Shown: positions 7,336 to 11,799 of the stretch, piece by piece | Layout of the letters: each line of letters begins with the position of its first letter | How positions within the stretch are numbered: the first letter of the stretch is position 1 | DNA from: a virus | Taxonomy: Duplodnaviria; Heunggongvirae; Uroviricota; Caudoviricetes | IMG/VR virus record: IMGVR_UViG_2778261689_000009 | Coordinates: 1-11,799 of that record | Strand: one strand, 5' to 3' | Length of the DNA stretch: 11,799 bases | Made by a program: the position numbers and the translations under genes | The notes under the pieces: generated by a model | The model's input: only the letters and a program-made list of their open reading frames with translations | What the model was told of the DNA's origin: nothing | Databases searched by the model: none

Positions 7336-7490
7336 AGCATCCTCACGATAATATCCGGGTAGGCACGATCACTTTCGTCTACTCCGTTACAAAGCGAGGC
7401 TGGATATTTCCCGGCCTTTCTGTTATCCGAAATCCCCTGAAAGCACAGCGGCTGGCTGAGGAGATAAATAATAAACGGGGGGCTGTATGA
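7332..7490 (+). CDS. Hypothetical small protein (52 aa), translationally coupled between exo and the methyltransferase
   Basis: ATG 7332 overlaps the exo stop (ATGA) and its own stop overlaps the methyltransferase ATG (ATGA at 7487-7490); [52 protein letters not shown]. Below the ORF-track cutoff; coding status rests only on the coupling geometry. Confidence 0.3.
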   Translation: MKHPHDNIRVGTITFVYSVTKRGWIFPGLSVIRNPLKAQRLAEEINNKRGAV

Positions 7491-8044
7491 CTGATTTCAC
7501 CGGAAGCAATACTCCTGCCGAACATCGCGACAGCTGGCGCACACCACCAGAGATTTTTGCTGCGCTTAATGCAGAGTTCGTTTTTCAACTTGATGCTGCC
7601 GCCAGCGAAAAAAACCGACTATGTCGGCTTTTTATCTCACAGGAGCAGAACACATTAACCACTTCATGGCCTGAAGCAATGGGATATGCCTCTGGTTATG
7701 TCTGGTTGAATCCACCATACAGCAATATTTCCCCTTTTGTGAAAAAGGCAGCCACTGAAAACAAATTCAGTAGTGTGGGATGTGTAATGTTATTGCCTGC
7801 TGACACATCTGTCGGATGGTTTCATGAAGCGATACAAACCGCCAGTGAGGTCAGATTCATCACGGCAGGACGACTGGCATTTATTAACCCGCTCACTGAG
7901 AAACCCGTCAGTGGAAATAATAAAGGCTCGATGCTCATTATCTGGCACCCATACCCCCGTACACACTGCCACTTTACGACCGTTGATCGTGGAGAGTTGA
8001 TGGCGTTCGGCTCAAGGATTCTTGCCCGTCGGGAGGCTGCATGA
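7487..8044 (+). CDS. Phage orphan DNA N6-adenine methyltransferase (Dam-like)
   Basis: 185-aa ORF with the amino-methyltransferase catalytic tetrapeptide NPPY (YVWLNPPYSNISPF). No adjacent restriction endonuclease candidate. Size and position resemble orphan methyltransferases in other enterobacterial prophages. Confidence 0.8.
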   Translation: MTDFTGSNTPAEHRDSWRTPPEIFAALNAEFVFQLDAAASEKNRLCRLFISQEQNTLTTSWPEAMGYASGYVWLNPPYSNISPFVKKAATENKFSSVGCVMLLPADTSVGWFHEAIQTASEVRFITAGRLAFINPLTEKPVSGNNKGSMLIIWHPYPRTHCHFTTVDRGELMAFGSRILARREAA

Positions 8045-8124
8045 CAACCACGGAATGCATTTTTCTGGCAGCGGGCTTCATATTCTGTGTGCTTATGCTT
8101 GCCGACATGGGACTTGTTCAATGA
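8041..8124 (+). CDS. Hypothetical 27-aa hydrophobic peptide (MTTTECIFLAAGFIFCVLMLADMGLVQ), translationally coupled on both sides
   Basis: ATG 8041 overlaps the methyltransferase stop (ATGA 8041-8044) and its stop overlaps the next ATG (ATGA 8121-8124). The sequence would form a single transmembrane helix. Could also be a purely regulatory coupling ORF. Confidence 0.3.
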   Translation: MTTTECIFLAAGFIFCVLMLADMGLVQ

Positions 8125-8336
8125 CACCTCAGCAGGAAAACGCCCTTCGCAGCATTGCCCGTCAGGCTAATTCTGAAATCAAAAAAGCCAGACAGCAGTT
8201 TCCGGATAAAAACGTCGATGACATTTGCCGTAGCGTACTGAAGAAGCACCGCGAAACGGTAACGCTGATGGGATTCACACCGACTCATTTAAGCCTGGCG
8301 ATCGGCATGTTAAACGGCGTCTTTAAGGAGCGATGA
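8121..8336 (+). CDS. Hypothetical protein (71 aa)
   Basis: MTPQQENALRSIARQANSEIKKARQQFPDKNVDDICRSVLKKHRETVTLMGFTPTHLSLAIGMLNGVFKER. Start chosen at the coupled ATG 8121 rather than the longer 8022 track ORF, which overlaps the methyltransferase. Confidence 0.5.
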   Translation: MTPQQENALRSIARQANSEIKKARQQFPDKNVDDICRSVLKKHRETVTLMGFTPTHLSLAIGMLNGVFKER

Positions 8337-8358
8337 ACATGAAAAGCAAAATCATCAG

Positions 8359-8385
8359 GGAGCTACAGGCTCCTTTTTTATTATT
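8359..8385 (+). terminator. Candidate weak intrinsic terminator or attenuator (tL-like)
   Basis: GGAGC (8359-8363) / GCTCC (8369-8373) stem with a 5-nt loop, followed by TTTTTTATTATT. The stem is short, so this is uncertain. Confidence 0.3.
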
Positions 8386-8434
8386 CGCATTCACCCTCAA
8401 GCGTATTAACCAACAATTCAGGGATTAATGGAAG

Positions 8435-8653
8435 ATGGCAGACATCATTGATTCAGCATCAGAAATCGAAGAATTACAGCGCAATACAGCAATAAAAATG
8501 CGTCGTCTGAACCACCAGGTTATATCTGCCACTCATTGTTGTGAGTGTGGCGATCCCATAGATGAACGAAGACGCCTGGCCGTTCAGGGTTGTCGGACTT
8601 GTGCAAGTTGCCAGGAGGAGATCGAACTTAAGAACAAACAATGGGGATTGTGA
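8435..8653 (+). CDS. TraR/DksA-family C4 zinc-finger protein
   Basis: 72 aa with C-x2-C-x14-C-x2-C (CECGDPIDERRRLAVQGCRTC), the size and motif spacing typical of phage and plasmid TraR-like RNA-polymerase secondary-channel binders. Confidence 0.75.
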   Translation: MADIIDSASEIEELQRNTAIKMRRLNHQVISATHCCECGDPIDERRRLAVQGCRTCASCQEEIELKNKQWGL

Positions 8654-8700
8654 TGGCCTCAAAGCAGCAAATTTCAACATCGTCCAACTGAGGTGTAAAA

Positions 8701-8979
8701 ATGTTCAGAATCATTTTTCCTAACACCTGGTACGTCGACCACCACGGCACTCCCTGCAAAATCCTGCGTTCTACCCACAACAAAGTTCACTACATCCGAA
8801 AAGGCAGAACATGTATCGCCAGCATGTTCCGCTTTAATCATGACTTTGAACCTGTGAATAAAGCTGATGCAGATCGGATAGCAGAAGAGATCGAAACGGC
8901 AGAACACATTAAGAAGTTACGTGACATGCGTTCAAAAAGCAGAGGTAACCATGGAATCATACAGCCTCACACTCGATGA
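8701..8979 (+). CDS. Hypothetical protein (92 aa) upstream of and overlapping xis
   Basis: Good RBS (GAGGTG ~7 nt before ATG 8701). The 3' end overlaps the xis start by 29 nt in another frame. No recognisable family. Confidence 0.5.
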   Translation: MFRIIFPNTWYVDHHGTPCKILRSTHNKVHYIRKGRTCIASMFRFNHDFEPVNKADADRIAEEIETAEHIKKLRDMRSKSRGNHGIIQPHTR

Positions 8980-9301
8980 GGCCTGTCAGTTTCTCAAGAT
9001 ATCCAGACCTACCGCTACCAACTGGATACGAACAGGCCGCCTACAGGCAACACGCAAAGACCCCACAAAACTAAAATCTCCTTACCTCACAACACGACAA
9101 GCCTGCATTGCGGCGCTTCAGTCTCCGCTGCATACTGTCCAGGTGAGCGCGGGTGATGGCATAACAGAGGAAAGAAAATGTCACTCTTCCGCAGAAGTGA
9201 AATATGGTACGCCAGTTTCACATTGCCGAACGGTAAAAGATTTAAACAGTCTCTTGGAACAAAGGACAAAAGGCAGGCGACAGAGCTCCATGACAAGCTA
9301 A
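8951..9301 (+). CDS. xis: Excisionase, P22 Xis-like
   Basis: [36 protein letters not shown]... resembles P22 Xis from memory; RBS AGAGGT before ATG 8951 (the track's 8921 start adds 10 residues with no RBS). Overlaps the int start. Confidence 0.8.
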   Translation: MESYSLTLDEACQFLKISRPTATNWIRTGRLQATRKDPTKLKSPYLTTRQACIAALQSPLHTVQVSAGDGITEERKCHSSAEVKYGTPVSHCRTVKDLNSLLEQRTKGRRQSSMTS

Positions 9302-10341
9302 AGGCTGAAGCATGGCGGGTCAGCAAACTTGGTGAAATACCTGATATGACGTTTGAGGAAGCGTGTGTCAGGTGGCTCGAAGAGAAAGCACATAAGAAAT
9401 CACTGGACGATGACAAAAGCCGGATCGGATTCTGGCTTCAACATTTCGCAGGGATGCAACTAAGAGACATTACTGAATCAAAAATTTATTCAGCAATGCA
9501 GAAAATGACGAACCGGCGTCATGAGGAAAACTGGAAACTCAGGGCAGAAGCATGCAGAAAAAAAGGGAAACCTGTTCCAGAATACACGCCAAAACCAGCG
9601 TCCGTTGCAACGAAGGCTACGCATCTTTCATTTATAAAGGCCCTACTAAGAGCCGCAGAGCGTGAATGGAAAATGCTGGATAAGGCACCAATTATTAAAG
9701 TGCCTCAACCAAAGAATAAACGGATCCGCTGGCTGGAGCCCCATGAAGCACAAAGGCTGATTGATGAATGTCCGGAGCCATTAAAGTCTGTTGTTGAATT
9801 TGCACTGGCAACAGGCTTAAGACGCTCGAACATCATCAACCTTGAATGGCAACAAATAGATATGCAGCGCCGGGTGGCATGGATAAACCCGGAAGAGAGT
9901 AAATCAAACCGCGCAATCGGCGTTGCGCTGAATGATACTGCATGTCGCGTTTTGAAAAAACAAATCGGGAATCATCACCGTTGGGTATTTGTGTACAAGG
10001 AAAGCTGTACCAAACCAGACGGAACGAAAGCGCCAACAGTAAGGAAGATGCGGTATGACGCAAACACAGCCTGGAAAGCGGCGCTGAGACGAGCAGGTAT
10101 TGATGATTTCAGATTTCACGACTTGAGACACACCTGGGCAAGTTGGCTGGTTCAAGCCGGAGTCCCGTTGTCAGTGTTACAGGAAATGGGAGGCTGGGAG
10201 TCTATCGAAATGGTTCGTCGATATGCTCACCTCGCACCTAATCACCTTACCGAACATGCACGGCAAATAGACTCGATCCTGAACCCATCGGTCCCAAATT
10301 TGTCCCAGTCAAAAAATAAGGAAGGTACTAATGATGTGTAA
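9178..10341 (+). CDS. int: Tyrosine integrase, P22 Int-like (thrW-specific)
   Basis: 387 aa, [53 protein letters not shown]..., very close to P22 Int as I recall it; tyrosine-recombinase motifs HDLRHT and VRRYAHL present; ends 15 bp from the tRNA. Confidence 0.95.
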   Translation: MSLFRRSEIWYASFTLPNGKRFKQSLGTKDKRQATELHDKLKAEAWRVSKLGEIPDMTFEEACVRWLEEKAHKKSLDDDKSRIGFWLQHFAGMQLRDITESKIYSAMQKMTNRRHEENWKLRAEACRKKGKPVPEYTPKPASVATKATHLSFIKALLRAAEREWKMLDKAPIIKVPQPKNKRIRWLEPHEAQRLIDECPEPLKSVVEFALATGLRRSNIINLEWQQIDMQRRVAWINPEESKSNRAIGVALNDTACRVLKKQIGNHHRWVFVYKESCTKPDGTKAPTVRKMRYDANTAWKAALRRAGIDDFRFHDLRHTWASWLVQAGVPLSVLQEMGGWESIEMVRRYAHLAPNHLTEHARQIDSILNPSVPNLSQSKNKEGTNDV

Positions 10342-10355
10342 CTTATTGATTTTAA

Positions 10356-10431
10356 TGGTGCCGATAATAGGAGTCGAACCTACGACCTTCGCATTACGAA
10401 TGCGCTGCTCTACCAACTGAGCTATATCGGC
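10356..10431 (-). tRNA. thrW: tRNA-Thr (anticodon CGU), thrW, including 3' CCA; phage attachment target
   Basis: Reverse complement reads GCCGATATAGCTCAGTTGGTAGAGCAGCGCATTCGTAATGCGAAGGTCGTAGGTTCGACTCCTATTATCGGCACCA, a 76-nt cloverleaf-compatible tRNA with anticodon loop TTCGTAA. The 3' end faces the integrase. Confidence 0.92.
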
Positions 10432-10545
10432 CCTGAAAGGACATGTTCACGAACGTGAATCACGGTGGACAAGGTTAAAACTAACCGGGCGATGCGTCAA
10501 TGGCCTTGTGAATCAAATGGCTACTTTTGCATCACCCGGTTTTAT

Positions 10546-11799
10546 TTACGCACGAATGGTGTAATCACCAATGCCGATCCACTTGTAAGTGGTCAGTGCT
10601 TCCAGCCCCATTGGGCCACGCGCGTGGAGTTTTTGTGTGCTTACCGCCACTTCCGCACCCAGACCAAACTGGCCGCCGTCGGTAAAACGCGTAGAGGCGT
10701 TAACGTAAACAGCGGACGAATCCACTTCGTTAACAAAACGCTGGGCGTTGCGCATATCGCGGGTCAGGATCGCATCGGAGTGTTGTGTGCCGTGTTCACG
10801 AATATGGGCGATGGCATCGTCAAGATCGCTGACGATTTTGACGTTCAAATCTAATGACAGAAACTCATCGTCATACTCTTCGGCTTTAACAGCAACCACC
10901 TTCGCAGGGCCTGCCTGCAACTGCGCCAGTGCAGCTGCATCTGCGTGTAATGTCACGCCGCTTTCCGCCATTTGTTTGCTTAATGCGGGCAGGAAGCTAT
11001 CGGCGATGTTTTTATTCACCAGCAACGTTTCAACCGTATTACATGTGCTCGGACGCTGAGTTTTCGCGTTGACGATCACTTTTAATGCTTCAGCGATCTC
11101 TACACTTTCATCAACGTAAATATGGCATACGCCTATACCACCTGTGATCACCGGGATTGTCGACTGTTCACGGCACAGTTTATGCAAACCAGCGCCACCA
11201 CGCGGGATCAGCATGTCGATGTATTTATCCATACGCAGCATTTCACTGACCAGCGCACGGTCAGGATTATCAATCGCCTGCACGGCACCCGCCGGTAAGC
11301 CGCAGGATTTCAGGGCGTCCTGAATCACCGCCACCGTTGCAGCGTTAGTGCGACACGTTTCTTTGCCACCGCGCAGGATCACCGCATTACCGGTTTTCAG
11401 GCACAGCGAAGCGACATCAACCGTCACGTTCGGGCGCGCTTCATAAATCACGCCAATAACCCCCAGCGGTACGCGACGACGCTCAAGACGCAGGCCGCTG
11501 TCCAGTACGCCGCCATCGATTACCTGCCCCACCGGATCGGCGAGGTTGCACACCTGACGTACATCGTCGGCAATGCCTTTCAGCCGTGCGGGCGTCAGTG
11601 CCAGACGGTCAAGCATCGCTTCGCTAAGGCCATTGGCTCGCGCGTCAGCAACATCCTGGGCGTTAGCGTTGAGGATGATTTCGCTTTGTGCTTCCAGTTC
11701 ATCGGCGATTTTTTCCAGCACGCGATTTTTTTCGCGGCTGGAGAGTTGCGCTAATTTATACGAGGCTTGCTTCGCGGCAATGCCCATTTGTTCCAGCAT
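10546..11799 (-). CDS. proA: Gamma-glutamyl phosphate reductase (host core gene)
   Basis: 417-aa translation [75 protein letters not shown]... matches enterobacterial ProA; the start codon sits exactly at the window end. Confidence 0.95.

Larger units (their letters stand above)
1..10431. mobile_element. Lambdoid prophage, integrase-proximal arm (incomplete; continues beyond the left window edge), integrated at thrW
   Basis: Contiguous phage modules in lambda order (P, O, cro-like, cI-like, gam-bet-exo, xis, int) ending at a tRNA-Thr gene with host proA beyond. The exact att core inside the tRNA 3' end cannot be set without the other prophage end. Confidence 0.85.

Noticed and set aside
7487-8044. 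Methyltransferase as part of a complete restriction-modification system
   Set aside because: No endonuclease-sized ORF is adjacent; the neighbours are small coupled ORFs. Treated as an orphan methyltransferase.
7379-8127. Minus-strand ORFs 7379-7588, 7790-7972 and 7822-8127
   Set aside because: Antisense to the methyltransferase and the coupled small ORFs.
8339-8428. 29-aa ORF (MKSKIIRELQAPFLLFAFTLKRINQQFRD) with an AAGGAG RBS
   Set aside because: Not annotated as a feature because the same sequence forms the terminator-like hairpin. Left unresolved, not firmly excluded.
10465-11059. Plus-strand ORFs 10465-10854 and 10748-11059
   Set aside because: Antisense to host proA.

Overview
This window is the integrase-proximal ~10.4 kb of a mosaic lambdoid prophage inserted at the 3' end of tRNA-Thr(CGU) (thrW), followed by host proA. 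Order, left to right: an AT-rich partial gene of unknown function (minus); replication genes P and O (minus) with ori iterons inside O; a Rac-type Cro-like/YdaT-like pair (minus); a divergent operator/promoter region; a LexA-type CI-like repressor (plus); an AT-rich two-gene cassette ending in an intrinsic terminator, sitting where lambda carries rexA-rexB; an oL/pL-like region; a long structured leader with no N-like gene; a kil-position small ORF; lambda Red gam-bet-exo; a translationally coupled accessory block (small ORF, Dam-like N6-adenine methyltransferase, 27-aa hydrophobic peptide, 71-aa ORF); a TraR/DksA-like zinc-finger protein; a 92-aa ORF; P22-type xis and int; thrW (minus); proA (minus). 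The strongest candidate for an undescribed system is the cassette at 3996-4807: a protein with two CxxCG knuckles plus a coiled-coil, C-terminally membrane-anchored protein, placed in the classic lysogen-expressed exclusion locus. All protein identifications are from reading the translations and from memory of lambda, P22 and Rac proteins; no database search was possible.
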